Notes: generated by a model not told the origin, from the letters alone. Numbered from the stretch's first letter, positions 19,626-29,973 are shown. The stretch is DNA of 64,000 nt from Candidatus Latescibacterota bacterium (GCA_965204725.1 OZ242005.1:3232001-3296000), one strand, 5' to 3'. Program-made: numbers and translations.

Positions 19626-19699
19626 CGGCGGCGGCTCAGAGGGAAGGGGCGTGGATCGGCAACGTGGGCGTGTAGCGAAAAGGGGACAGGGGTGGGGCG

Positions 19700-21826
19700 T
19701 TGACTGGATTCCCGGCCCGTGTCGGGGCACGGGGGACGGTCTTGCGCGGCCTGACGATTGAGGCGGGCGAGATCAGCGGCACAACCACTGTGTCCGTAAC
19801 CCCCCTTGCGGGCGGCGACAAAAAGATCGGCCTGACCGCGCTGAAAAGCCCGGTCAAGAATGATGACGACGAGGACGTCACGGTCACCACGACCGTCGTC
19901 ACCCTGAAAGACGGGGACCCGGCAGCGGCTCCAGCGGGTCTTGCTTTCGACGAGGACATCGATGTCGTCTCCACCGTGTTTGAATACGTCGTCGGCACGA
20001 CCATCGAGCCTTATGTCCTGCCCGCGGCCACCCGCGGCATTGGCGACAAGACCTACAGCGTGTCCGCCACCCTGCCCGCCGGTCTGGTGTTCGACGCGGA
20101 GACGCGCACCCTGTCGGGCACGCCGCTGACAGCGGGCGACGCCACCGTCGTGTACACGGTCATCGACAGTGCCCCGGACGAAGTCAACACCGCCGTCCTC
20201 AGCCTGACCTTTGAGATCGGTACGGCCCCGCCCGCCACCGTGCGCGTCGCCAGCATCACCTCGACCCATTCCTCAATACGCGAGAACGGCGAGACGACCT
20301 CCATCCTCCTAACGGCAACGTTGGCCGCTCCTTCAGCCAAAGCCGAGACCATCCTCTTCACGATTGCCGCTCCCAGCACGGGGACGCCAGCCGTGCGCGA
20401 CGCCGATTACACCGCCGTCATCGGCGGCTCCGTCGTCATCGCCGAGGGCGAAACACAGGGTCGGACGCTGCTAACCCTCACCCCCCTCGACAACGAGGAG
20501 GTCGATGGCAACAAGTACTTAGGCGCGCAAGCCTCCGCCTCCGGCGGCTCCGCCCAAACCGACATCAAAATCGCCGACGACGAGACGCCCAGTACGGCCC
20601 TGCCGCTGGAGGTAACGCCGCACACCCTCAGCGAGGACGCTGGCGTGACGCAACTGACCGTCACCGCCATGCTCGACGGCAAAGCCCTCGACGCCGCTTC
20701 GACCGTAACCCTTTCCATTGACCCAGAATCGGCTGCCACCCGCGATTTAGACTATTCCGCGTTGTACAACCCCTCGCTAGTCATCCCGGCCGGTTCCACC
20801 TCCGGTTCCCTCACGTTCCTGCTCGACCCAACGGCTGACAACGAGGACGAAGGCAACGAGACGATCACCCTAATCGGCACTGCTGAGGGCCTAACGAGTG
20901 CCTCCGCCCACATCACGCTCGCCGACGCTGGCGTTGAGCCCCCGCTTCCCCCGGAAGCCACCCCTCTCGCCTTCGCCGACGGCACTGCGGTCGAGGACCA
21001 AGAGTACACCGCCGGTACGGAGATCAGCGCTATGGAACTCCCAGCGGCAGTTGGCGGTGTCGGCGATATAGCCTATAGCGTCTCCGACCTGCCTTCCGGC
21101 CTGTCCTTTGACGCTGCCACCCGCACCCTTTCCGGCATCCCCGACGCCGCCACCGACGAACCTGTCGAAATCACGTACACCGCCGCCGACGGCACCGGCG
21201 CCACCGCCTCGTTGACCTTCTCCATCACAGTCAACGCCACCCTAACCTTCGACCTCGTATTCTTCGGCGCCGGCAAGCTAGTCCCAACCGCTTCCGACGA
21301 CGGTGCTTCCATCCCCGAGTTCATCTCCGGCCAGCCGGTCAATGCCTTCTCGCTGCCTTCAGCCACCGGCGGGACCGATCCGCTGACCTACACCCTTTCA
21401 CCAGAGTTACCGGCGGGCCTGTCGTTTGACGCTGCCACCCGGACGATTTCCGGTACGCCGCAAGCCGAAGGCTCCCCCCTCTACATCTACACAGTGACGG
21501 ACGCCCTCGGCACGAGCGTAGCGATGCAACTTCAGACGCGCCCAGCCGCGTTTTCGCTGGCGAGCAACTATCCGAACCCCTTCAACCCGGCGACGACGAT
21601 CCAATACGCGCTGCCGCAAGCGGCAGACGTGCAGTTGACTGTCTATAATGTCGTCGGTCAGGTCGTGCGGACGTTGGTGGCTGAGCATCAGAGTGCCGGA
21701 CGCTATCTAGTGGCGTGGGACGCGACTGATGACAGCGGCCACAGCTTATCGGCGGGAATTTACTTCTACCGATTGCAGGCGGGCGGCGAGTTCCACGCGG
21801 TCAAAAAGATGCTGTTGCTCAAGTAA
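19700..21826 (+). pseudogene. 5'-truncated surface protein with Calx-beta-like and three putative Ig (He_PIG) repeats and a FlgD/T9SS-type C-terminal domain
   Basis: Three copies of LP.GL.FDA.TRT.SG.P and the C-terminal NYPNPFNP...IYFYRL...KKMLLLK. There is no signal peptide or RBS, and the ORF begins mid-domain. Confidence 0.7.
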
Positions 21827-21856
21827 GCAAGCATCCACCGCGAGTTAGTGAAATGA

Positions 21857-21877
21857 GGCCTCTCTAAGACAGAGGCC
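21857..21877. terminator. Hairpin between convergent genes
   Basis: GGCCTCT-7 nt-AGAGGCC; the U-tract is weak. Confidence 0.4.
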
Positions 21878-21938
21878 CCAAATCGTTATCGGTTCCTGTC
21901 TGGTCTAACAGAGGATAACCACAGGGTAAACGACGTAT

Positions 21939-22412
21939 TCAGGGTTTAGAGATAGACTCGAGACAGTCAATCAACTCTTGAGGGGCTCCGAATTTTCTAG
22001 CAATCATCAGAGCCATCTCGCCAGCGTCATTTTTGACCGTTACATCGGCTAGCTTACCGGAAATACAGATACTAAGCGGATCTCTGCCGACCAAGAAACA
22101 CACAATATCAGTAGCACCTTTCTGGGCGGCCATCATCAGGGGAGTCCAGCCAGCCAGACCTTTTCGATTTACATCGGCACCCCTACAGCTTGCTAATAGA
22201 GAAACCATAGGTAAAAAACCGATATGGGCAGCTTTCATCAAAGCGGTAAAGCCCTCGCTGTTTGGAGCGTTGACGTCTATTCCGGCCTCAATAAATAGAC
22301 GCACAACATCTTCATTGTGTTTTTCTACGCACTTAACGAAACAATCCGATGAAAACGGAATCCCCCTTTTCTGTAGCTCGAGGCGGGCCGCTTGCTGATT
22401 TGATGCATTCAT
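21939..22412 (-). CDS. Ankyrin-repeat protein
   Basis: G.DVNA...GFTALMKAA, GWTPLMMAA and GEMALMIA repeats. AAGGAG RBS precedes the ATG at 22412. Visibly more AT-rich than its flanks. Confidence 0.9.
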   Translation of the reverse strand: MNASNQQAARLELQKRGIPFSSDCFVKCVEKHNEDVVRLFIEAGIDVNAPNSEGFTALMKAAHIGFLPMVSLLASCRGADVNRKGLAGWTPLMMAAQKGATDIVCFLVGRDPLSICISGKLADVTVKNDAGEMALMIARKFGAPQELIDCLESISKP

Positions 22413-22449
22413 CTGCTCAACTCCTTGCGTTGAATGTTGAATTAAACAC

Positions 22450-22479
22450 AAGGCCGATCCGCGCCAACGGACCGGCCTT
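22450..22479 (-). terminator. Hairpin downstream of tRNA-Gly, probable terminator
   Basis: The minus strand reads AAGGCCGGTCCG-6 nt-CGGATCGGCCTT (12-bp stem with one G-U pair), then GTGTTT. Confidence 0.6.
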
Positions 22480-22531
22480 TTCCCCAGAGGGCCTTTCGCT
22501 ATATTTTGATAAGCATTGATGGGCAAAAAAA

Positions 22532-22607
22532 TGGAGCGAGAGACGGGACTCGAACCCGCGACAACCACGTTGGCAACGTGGAGCTCTACCAACTGAGCTA
22601 CTCTCGC
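22532..22607 (-). tRNA. tRNA-Gly (anticodon GCC)
   Basis: GCGAGAGTAGCTCAGTTGGTAGAGCTCCACGTTGCCAACGTGGTTGTCGCGGGTTCGAGTCCCGTCTCTCGCTCCA: 76 nt, full cloverleaf, encoded CCA. Confidence 0.97.
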
Positions 22608-22641
22608 TCGAAACTCGAAAACTACTCGCTATGGGAGGAAA

Positions 22642-22670
22642 AATATAACGATGCCCCGAATAAGCGTCAA
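22642..22670 (-). promoter_or_regulatory. sigma70 promoter of tRNA-Gly
   Basis: The minus strand reads TTGACG-17 nt-TATATT, about 35 nt upstream of the tRNA 5' end. Confidence 0.7.
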
Positions 22671-25600
22671 GGTGCGCCAAGCCCTATTGCCTTGCGTCGC
22701 GGCCCTCTGGGGAGTGGCCTGTGAGCAGGGGCCGCCCGAGGAGCCGCCAGCTTGGCCCCCCAAAGCGCGCTGGCACAACAATCAGGGCGTGGTCTATATG
22801 GATCAACACAACTACACGCGCGGTCGGGAGGAGTTTGACCGCTCCCTCGCCTTGGCCCCGGACTACGCTCGGGCGCGGGCCAATTTAGGCATTGCGTACT
22901 ACGCGCTCGGCAAGTACGACAGCGCCGCCACGGCCCTGCAAACCGCCCTCGCCACCGACCCCGAGCTCCTCCACGCCAACTACGCGCTGGGCCTGATTTA
23001 CAACGCCCAAGGCCGGGAGCACGACAAAGCGCTGGCCGCCTTGCAAAAGGTCGCGGCCGCCGACCGCGACGACCCCCACGTGCGCTACTACATGGGGCAG
23101 ATGCGGGCCAAGCTAAACGAGGGCGAGGCCGCCATCGCCGACTTTGAGGAGGCCATCCGCCTCGATCCCTACAATGTGTCGGCGTACTATGGGCTGGCCA
23201 ATGTGTACCGCCGGCTCGGGCGCGACGAGGAGTGGAAAAGCACCTTGGAGCACTTCAACCAGCTCAGCCAAGCCGGTCACCAAGGCGTTTCTTCGTCCTA
23301 TCAGGGGCAGGGCAAATACGCCGAGGCCGTTGCCGACGCCAGCGGCGGCGATCCGAGTAAGGACGACGTGGCCGGGCCGTTCGCATTTGCCGCGGCTGGC
23401 CCGGCGGCTGGTCCGGTGCGCTTTGCCGCTCTGGGCGACTTTGACGCGGATGGCCGGCCGGATGTCTTGGCCGGGGCCGATGGCTTGCACCTGTACGCCA
23501 GCGACCCGGCGGCCGTGCTCACCGCTCCGGCCGTGCCCGATGGCTTTGCTCCGACGGGCGCGATTGCCGGCGACCTCGACAACGACGGGACCACCGACTT
23601 GGTCCTCAGCGGCGCGGGCGGAACCCTCCTCTACCGAGCGGTCGACGGCCAATGGGCGGCCGGCGAAGACCTGTCGGTCGCCTCGGCCCGGGTCGCGCTA
23701 GGGGATGCCGATCACGACGGCGATCTCGACCTGCTGGTGCTCGGCCCGCGCGTCTCGCTGCTGGCCAATGACGGAAAGGCCCAGTTCGCCGCGACCGGCC
23801 AACCGGCCGGCGGGGTCGCGGCCGACCGCGCTGCATTTTCCGACCTCGACAACGACCGCGACGTGGATGTGGTCCTCCTCGCGGCCGAGGGCCTGCAAGT
23901 CCACACCAACAATCGCGACGGCACGTTCTCGGAAATAGCCGGTGCCTTGGGCTTGGGTGCGGTGCAGGGCGCGGGCTTGGCCGTGGAGGACTTCAACCAA
24001 GACGGCTATATGGATTTGGCCATCGCGGCTGGCGACGTCGTTGAGACGCACACCAACCAAGCCGGCCGCGCCTTCGTCCGGGCCGAGACGGCGGTTGCGT
24101 CCGGCGGGCAGGCGTTGCTTGCCGCCGATTTCGACAACGATGGCGACCTCGACCTGCTCGCCGGCGCGCCCGAGCGGCTGCAACCGCTCGCCTACAGCGG
24201 AGGCCAGTTTCAGCCGCAATCCCCGCTCGACGAGCCGGGTGGCGGCGCGCTCGTGGCCGATTTTAACGGCGATGGCCGGGTGGATATTTGGGCGGGTGGC
24301 CGGGTGCTGCACAACCAAAGCGAGGGAGGGCATTGGATCGAAATTGCCGCCGCCGGCCTCAACAGCAATCGCGACGGCGTGGGGGCCAAGGTGGAGGTCA
24401 AAACCACGCACCGCCTCCAGAAGCGCGAGATTCGCAGCGAAGGGTACGCCGGCGTCCTCCACTTCGGCTTGGCGCAGAGCGACTCGGTCGAATTTATTCG
24501 CATCCTCTGGCCCGGGGGCGTGCGCCAGACCGAATTGGCCACCGCCGCCGGACAGCGGCTGGCCCTGACCGAGCTCGACCGCAAGGGCACCTCGTGCCCC
24601 ATTCTCTACGCTTGGGACGGCGAGCGTTATCGCTTTGTCACCGACATTCTCGGGGGGGCCATTATTGGCTACTTGACCGCCCCGGGCCAGTACTACCAGC
24701 CCGACACCGACGAGTGCGTGCGCTTGGGGCCGCTCGCGCCCAAAGACGGCCACTATGTCTTGCAGCTAGCCAATCAGCTAGAGGAAATCATTTACGTCGA
24801 TGCCCTCGAACTGGTGGCCGTCGATCATCCGCCCGAGTTCGACGTATATCCCAACGAGCGCCTGCTCTCCGCTCCGCCCTATCCAGAATTCAAGCTATAT
24901 CCCCTGCGGGCGTTGCGCCCGCCGGTGGCCGCCCGCGATCACCGGGGGGTAGATGTGTTGGCCGCCCTGCAAGCGATCGACGACGAGTGGTATGATGGAT
25001 TCGCTCGGCTCGATATACACGGCTATGCCGAAGCCCACGCGCTAGAGCTAAACTTGGGCGACCTGTCCGAATTCGCCCATCCGGTCTTGCTCGGCTACGG
25101 GTGGGTTGATTACGCGCATTCGACCGCCAATTGGAGCGCGGCGCAGCGCGGCTGGTCGCTGCAGCCGCCGCGCCTGTCCGTAGCCGATGGCAAGGGGGGG
25201 TGGGTCGAAGTCAGCGCGGATATGGGACGCCCGGCCGGCCTGCCCAAACACGCGCTCTTCGACTTGGCCGGCCTGTTCCCGTCCGACGACTACCGGCTGC
25301 GGATCGAAACCAATACCGCGCTCTATTGGGACCAACTTCTGGTGGGCGACGCAGCGGATGTGCCCCTCGCGGTCCACCGCATCCAGCCGGCGCGGAGCAA
25401 CCTCCACTGGCGCGGCTACCCGGCGCACACGGCTATCAAGGGGACCTTTGCCTTTCGCTATCACTACGATCAATTGGCGTTAGAAGCGCCTTGGGGCACC
25501 CACGCCGGGGCCTTCACGCGCTTAGGCCCGGTGGAGGAGCTGGTCGAGGACATTGACGACCGCTTCGTCATCATGTTCCACGGCGACGAGCTGACCGTTG

Positions 25601-25839
25601 AGTTTGCCGCCTTGCCGCCGCCCGCGCCCGGGCTGGTGCGCTCGTTCTTGCTGTACGCCGACGGCTTTGGCAAAGACATGGACCTGCACTCGGCGCACTC
25701 GCTAACGGTCGGGCCGCTCCCCTTTCACGGCATGTCCGGCTACCCGTACCCCGCGCACGAACACTACCCGCAGACGAGCGCCCACCTAGAGTACTTGCAG
25801 GAATACAACACGCGCAGGGTCAAAGGCTACTATGAATAA
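22651..25839 (+). CDS. Lipoprotein with TPR repeats, FG-GAP/VCBS repeats and ASPIC/UnbV (CRTAC1-like) domain
   Basis: Lipobox GVAC, N-terminal TPRs, multiple D.DNDGD.DL repeats, SNRDGVGA..LHFGL..WPGG and SCPILYAWDG. The start may be the GTG at 22672. Confidence 0.88.
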   Translation: MPRISVKVRQALLPCVAALWGVACEQGPPEEPPAWPPKARWHNNQGVVYMDQHNYTRGREEFDRSLALAPDYARARANLGIAYYALGKYDSAATALQTALATDPELLHANYALGLIYNAQGREHDKALAALQKVAAADRDDPHVRYYMGQMRAKLNEGEAAIADFEEAIRLDPYNVSAYYGLANVYRRLGRDEEWKSTLEHFNQLSQAGHQGVSSSYQGQGKYAEAVADASGGDPSKDDVAGPFAFAAAGPAAGPVRFAALGDFDADGRPDVLAGADGLHLYASDPAAVLTAPAVPDGFAPTGAIAGDLDNDGTTDLVLSGAGGTLLYRAVDGQWAAGEDLSVASARVALGDADHDGDLDLLVLGPRVSLLANDGKAQFAATGQPAGGVAADRAAFSDLDNDRDVDVVLLAAEGLQVHTNNRDGTFSEIAGALGLGAVQGAGLAVEDFNQDGYMDLAIAAGDVVETHTNQAGRAFVRAETAVASGGQALLAADFDNDGDLDLLAGAPERLQPLAYSGGQFQPQSPLDEPGGGALVADFNGDGRVDIWAGGRVLHNQSEGGHWIEIAAAGLNSNRDGVGAKVEVKTTHRLQKREIRSEGYAGVLHFGLAQSDSVEFIRILWPGGVRQTELATAAGQRLALTELDRKGTSCPILYAWDGERYRFVTDILGGAIIGYLTAPGQYYQPDTDECVRLGPLAPKDGHYVLQLANQLEEIIYVDALELVAVDHPPEFDVYPNERLLSAPPYPEFKLYPLRALRPPVAARDHRGVDVLAALQAIDDEWYDGFARLDIHGYAEAHALELNLGDLSEFAHPVLLGYGWVDYAHSTANWSAAQRGWSLQPPRLSVADGKGGWVEVSADMGRPAGLPKHALFDLAGLFPSDDYRLRIETNTALYWDQLLVGDAADVPLAVHRIQPARSNLHWRGYPAHTAIKGTFAFRYHYDQLALEAPWGTHAGAFTRLGPVEELVEDIDDRFVIMFHGDELTVEFAALPPPAPGLVRSFLLYADGFGKDMDLHSAHSLTVGPLPFHGMSGYPYPAHEHYPQTSAHLEYLQEYNTRRVKGYYE

Positions 25840-27997
25840 ATGGCTGCGAGATGAGGTGATAGAAAGAGCAAGACGCGCGCTTCGTCGCCCAGTGCTCAAG
25901 CGGCTGCTGCTCTACGCCGCGTGCTTTTTTGCCTTGTACGCGGTTGTCGGCGTGAGTGCCTATTTGATCTTCAACGACAATTTGCCCGACATCGACGCTT
26001 GGAGCTTCCGGCCCAAACGGGTCACCAATGTGTATTCGGCCGACGGCCGCCTCTTGCAGGATTTCCTCGAGGAAAACCGCGAAATCGTCACCTACGAGGA
26101 AGTCCCCGCGTCTATGTGGGCCGCTCTCCTCGCGACTGAGGACCGGCGTTTCTTCTCGCATTGGGGCATCGATCTCTACCGCATCCCCGGATCGCTGCTG
26201 GCCAACCTCAAGGACCGCCGCCTCGTCGGTCAGGGGGCCAGTACGCTCACCCAGCAACTCGCCCGCAATATCTTCGCCGAAGTTGGCACGCAGCGCAGCA
26301 GCGCCTCCTTTGCGGACGTGGTGGCCACGTACGCGCGCAAGATCCGCGAACAAATCACCGCCGTCTTAATCGAGCGCCTGTACACCAAGCCCGAGATAAT
26401 GACCATGTACCTCAACACGGTCTATTTCGGCCACGGGGCCTACGGGGTTAAGGCGGCGGCGCGCCTGTACTTTGACAGCGAAGTCGATCAGCTCGCGCTC
26501 CAAGAGAACGCCCTGCTCGTCGGGCTGCTACAGAGGCCCAATGCGTACAGCCCCCTGCGCCACCCCGACCGCGCCCGCAAGCGCCGCAACGTGGTGCTGT
26601 ATAGCATGGCCGCCAACGGCGCGATTACTGCGGCCGAGCGCGATTCCCTGTGCGACGAACCCATCGCCGCCCGCAAACGCCGCCGCGAGGAGACTTATGG
26701 CTTGGCCCCGTATTTTGTCGAGTACGTCCGCCAGCAGATGCAGCGCGAGTTTGGCATGGCAATCTATCGCGAGGGCTTTGTGGTCCACACCACCCTCGAC
26801 TCGCGCTTACAGCAAATCGCCGAAAAACACTTTGCCGTTGAAATAAGCAAGGTGCAGAAAAAGGTGGATCAGCACCTGGCGGCCGTGGGCGCGACCCCGG
26901 GGATGCGCGACTCGGCCGTAGTCCAAGCCGCCTTCGTGGCCATGGACCCGGCCACCGGCCACATCTTGGCCATGATTGGGGGCCGCGACTTCGGCCGCAG
27001 CAAATTCAACCGCGCTACCCAAGCCAAGCGGCAGCCGGGGTCTGCGTTCAAGCCCTTTGTGTACACGGCCGCCATCGACAACAATCGCTTTGCGGTGGAC
27101 GTACTCGACGACAACGCCTTTACGCTGTGGGACCACAAACGCGAACAGTTTTGGGACCCGGAAAACTACGACAAGAAGTTCAAGGGGCCGATGACGTTGC
27201 GCGACGGGCTGAAACAGTCGCGCAACCTCATCTCCATTAAGCTGGCCGACGAACTCGGCCCGCCCCTAATTCGCAGCTATGCCCGCAACATGGGCATATC
27301 CACGCCCATCCAAGCCATCCCCTCCATCGGCGTCGGCACCAGCGAGGTGCAACTGCTTGACTTAGTGGCGGCGTACGCGGTTTTCCCCAACAAGGGTATT
27401 TACGTGGAGCCTATGGCGATCAGCCGCTTGGAGAGGAAGGACGGCGCTGTCTTTTTTGCGCGGGAAAGCGGCCCCAAGCAGGAGGTGCTGCGGCCGGCCG
27501 TGGCCGTGGTTGTCGCGGATATGCTGCGCTCAGTCGTCGATGAAGTCGGCGGCACCGGACGCCGCATCCGCACGAGCTACAACTTCCGGCCCCAAGCGGC
27601 CGGCAAAACCGGCACGACCAACGACTACACGGATGCGTGGTTCATCGGCTTTACGCCTCACCTCGTAGCCGGGGTCTGGGTCGGGATGGACGACCCCGGC
27701 CTGCGTCTGTGGCCCAAGCAGGCCGGCTCTTCGGCGGCCTTGCCTTTGTGGGCGGCGTTTATGAAGGAGGTGTATGAGGCTGTGGAACCCTATCGCAGCC
27801 TGAAAAGCCGCGGGTTTGAGTATCCAGAGGACCTCGTCGTACACCGGGCGGTCTGCAACGACACCCACAAAATCGCCACTCGCTTCTGCCCCGAGCAGCG
27901 CGAGGAGATCTTCATCGCGGGCGAGGTCCTGCCGAGCACATGCCCCCTGCACGGACGGCCCCCAGAGCAGGATCCCGGGCACATCCAGCGGTTTTGA
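25832..27997 (+). CDS. mrcA: Class A penicillin-binding protein (PBP1A family)
   Basis: TM anchor; transglycosylase motifs EDRRF.SHWGID, GASTLTQQL and RKIRE; transpeptidase motifs SAFK, SRN and KTGT. Confidence 0.9.
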   Translation: MNKWLRDEVIERARRALRRPVLKRLLLYAACFFALYAVVGVSAYLIFNDNLPDIDAWSFRPKRVTNVYSADGRLLQDFLEENREIVTYEEVPASMWAALLATEDRRFFSHWGIDLYRIPGSLLANLKDRRLVGQGASTLTQQLARNIFAEVGTQRSSASFADVVATYARKIREQITAVLIERLYTKPEIMTMYLNTVYFGHGAYGVKAAARLYFDSEVDQLALQENALLVGLLQRPNAYSPLRHPDRARKRRNVVLYSMAANGAITAAERDSLCDEPIAARKRRREETYGLAPYFVEYVRQQMQREFGMAIYREGFVVHTTLDSRLQQIAEKHFAVEISKVQKKVDQHLAAVGATPGMRDSAVVQAAFVAMDPATGHILAMIGGRDFGRSKFNRATQAKRQPGSAFKPFVYTAAIDNNRFAVDVLDDNAFTLWDHKREQFWDPENYDKKFKGPMTLRDGLKQSRNLISIKLADELGPPLIRSYARNMGISTPIQAIPSIGVGTSEVQLLDLVAAYAVFPNKGIYVEPMAISRLERKDGAVFFARESGPKQEVLRPAVAVVVADMLRSVVDEVGGTGRRIRTSYNFRPQAAGKTGTTNDYTDAWFIGFTPHLVAGVWVGMDDPGLRLWPKQAGSSAALPLWAAFMKEVYEAVEPYRSLKSRGFEYPEDLVVHRAVCNDTHKIATRFCPEQREEIFIAGEVLPSTCPLHGRPPEQDPGHIQRF

Positions 27998-28044
27998 CGA
28001 TCACCCAAGTACGCGACCCCTATCTGCTGTTGCCGCTACGTCCG

Positions 28045-28091
28045 GGATCGAGGGCGTCCCGCCCTCGACGAGGGCAAGATGCCCTCGATCC
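28045..28091. repeat. REP-like paired palindromic element between convergent genes
   Basis: GGATCGAGGGCGTCCCGCCCTCG-A-CGAGGGCAAGATGCCCTCGATCC: two inverted units, each with its own 7-bp hairpin. Confidence 0.7.
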
Positions 28092-28128
28092 TGAGAAAGC
28101 TGGGGGCTAGTGGCGCGTAGTACGAAGC

Positions 28129-29883
28129 TCACAAAACGAAGAAGATGTAGAACAGCCCGCCGAGAATGCCGGCCGATAGGCCGCGCACAATGGCCTTGTT
28201 TTCTGGTTTGAGGACCGTTTGTTCGACCATGTCGCCCCCCCCTAAGACCTCGTGCAATCCCTTGGACACTAGGTCCGAGCGATAGGCTTGGACGCGGCGG
28301 TCCCAGCGCACGATGCGGTCGGCGGTCGTTTCTATCCTGAGAAAGAGGTCACCATAAGCCTCGCGCCGCTGTTGGTTGCTCCAAAGGAGTAGCCGCCGGG
28401 CCGCTGGCGAGTATATCACCCGCGCCCGGACTAGCCGATAGTACACCACGTCGGCTGGTGCGTCTTCTGGCTGGCGCACGAGCACCTGATAGCCCCGCCG
28501 CTGCAACGTCTCGATCAGGGCGTCCTCAACGACCCAGTTGGCCTCGTTTCTGGGGTCTTCGGCTTGGAGGAAAAGCCGCGTACTGGGGGATAGGGGCAGG
28601 GCATCCATCTGGTGGTCTAAGGCGCGGACAAAGGCTTGGTTGATCAACTGCAAGTCCGTGGGCGTTTGCTGGGCATCGCCTTGAGCTTGGGCCGCTTCCT
28701 TCCACACCACGCGGATTGTGTTCGCCCCGCGCAGGGGAATGAACTCCTCCCGCCCCAAGGGCTTACAGGCACTCGGCCAAGTAAAAGGCCCCGGGCGCTG
28801 CGGCACCGCTTCGAGGGTCACCCGAATCGCCGCGCCCGCGCCCAAGCTATCCAAGCCGCTCACCAGCAGGGTCGGTGCGGCTCCTTCGTCGCTTGGCACG
28901 AGCGTCGCGCCCGGCGGCCCTTCTACCAAGGAGACATCTGAGAACGCCGGCGCGATTTGCAGGCGCACCGCCGCGAGGCCGATGGGGTCGGTGCTCTCGT
29001 TGCGCCATACGCAGGTGACGGCCCCGCGCTTGCCCACCTCCATAAACCCACTCTCCAACGCCATCACCGGCAGCGGGTCCACCTGTACGTGCCGGGTCGC
29101 CAAGGCCACCGGACTCTGACCAGCGACCCGTGCAGTGCCCGCCAAGGGCAGGGGGCCGAGGTGGGCCGAAGACACGCGCGCCGACCAAGAAAGCGTGTCG
29201 GCCTGCCCGGGGGCCAAGCGGCCCTCCCAACGCTGCGGAGCGTCGCCTTCCGGCCAACTCAGTTCCGGCGGCCAGTGCCAGTTCAGTTCTTCTAAGGGCG
29301 GTCCTTCGTCGAGGCGCACAATCGCACGCAAGTCAAAGTGCTCGCCCTGATAGACGCGCTGTGGCTCAATGGACCACGAAATGGCGGGCGGGGGGCGCAC
29401 CGCTAGGTTGAATTCGATCTGGTGGGCCGGAGCACCCTGTGGATCGAGCGAGGAGTAGATGGCCGCGGACCAGCCGATGTTGCCTACCTCGGCAGCGGCT
29501 AGGTCGATGTAGAGCGTGTCGGTGGGTTCGCCAGCCAAAGGGCGCGCCGCATAGTCGATGTGGACGGATGCGACCGCGAGTTGCGCGTGGCCTAGTGCTG
29601 AGCGGGCGTCGTGCAAACGCGCATTGCCGAGGCACTCAAGCTCCGTGCGTACTATGGCTTCGCCATCGCCGGGAAAGTAGTGCAAATAGAGGATGGACTG
29701 CTGATCCAAGGCCGGCCCGGCAATCGCCGGTTGGTCTAGGTGCATACTGAGCGTCGAGCGGGCGCTCGACGGTGCCGCTGCTGCCCACAGCGCGACGACC
29801 ACCCCTAGCCAATAGCTGCCATAACGGCCCGCTCTCTCTCTGCCCTGAAGGCCGCGCCTTCCTGCTGTCCTTCGGGTTGCCAT
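28129..29883 (-). CDS. Hypothetical exported protein with beta-rich domains and C-terminal membrane anchor
   Basis: Long ORF with an Arg-rich N-region, hydrophobic signal and hydrophobic C-terminus (GLSAGILGGLFYIFFVL). No family recognised. Confidence 0.6.
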   Translation of the reverse strand: MATRRTAGRRGLQGRERAGRYGSYWLGVVVALWAAAAPSSARSTLSMHLDQPAIAGPALDQQSILYLHYFPGDGEAIVRTELECLGNARLHDARSALGHAQLAVASVHIDYAARPLAGEPTDTLYIDLAAAEVGNIGWSAAIYSSLDPQGAPAHQIEFNLAVRPPPAISWSIEPQRVYQGEHFDLRAIVRLDEGPPLEELNWHWPPELSWPEGDAPQRWEGRLAPGQADTLSWSARVSSAHLGPLPLAGTARVAGQSPVALATRHVQVDPLPVMALESGFMEVGKRGAVTCVWRNESTDPIGLAAVRLQIAPAFSDVSLVEGPPGATLVPSDEGAAPTLLVSGLDSLGAGAAIRVTLEAVPQRPGPFTWPSACKPLGREEFIPLRGANTIRVVWKEAAQAQGDAQQTPTDLQLINQAFVRALDHQMDALPLSPSTRLFLQAEDPRNEANWVVEDALIETLQRRGYQVLVRQPEDAPADVVYYRLVRARVIYSPAARRLLLWSNQQRREAYGDLFLRIETTADRIVRWDRRVQAYRSDLVSKGLHEVLGGGDMVEQTVLKPENKAIVRGLSAGILGGLFYIFFVL

Positions 29884-29973
29884 TTGGTTCGCCCTTCGTC
29901 TCAAATTGCCGCGTACTGGCCCGTAGCCAAAAAAGCCTAACTTGATTTTTAACTGTAACTTACGTCTAGTTCA

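Noticed and set aside
18649-21911. 11-bp direct repeat TGGTCTAACAG at 18649 and 21901 as possible insertion boundaries
   Set aside because: One copy is inside the Rpn coding end, and 11-mer repeats are expected by chance in 64 kb.
22413-22592. N-terminal extension of the ankyrin ORF
   Set aside because: It reads through the tRNA-Gly gene and its terminator; the RBS supports the ATG at 22412.
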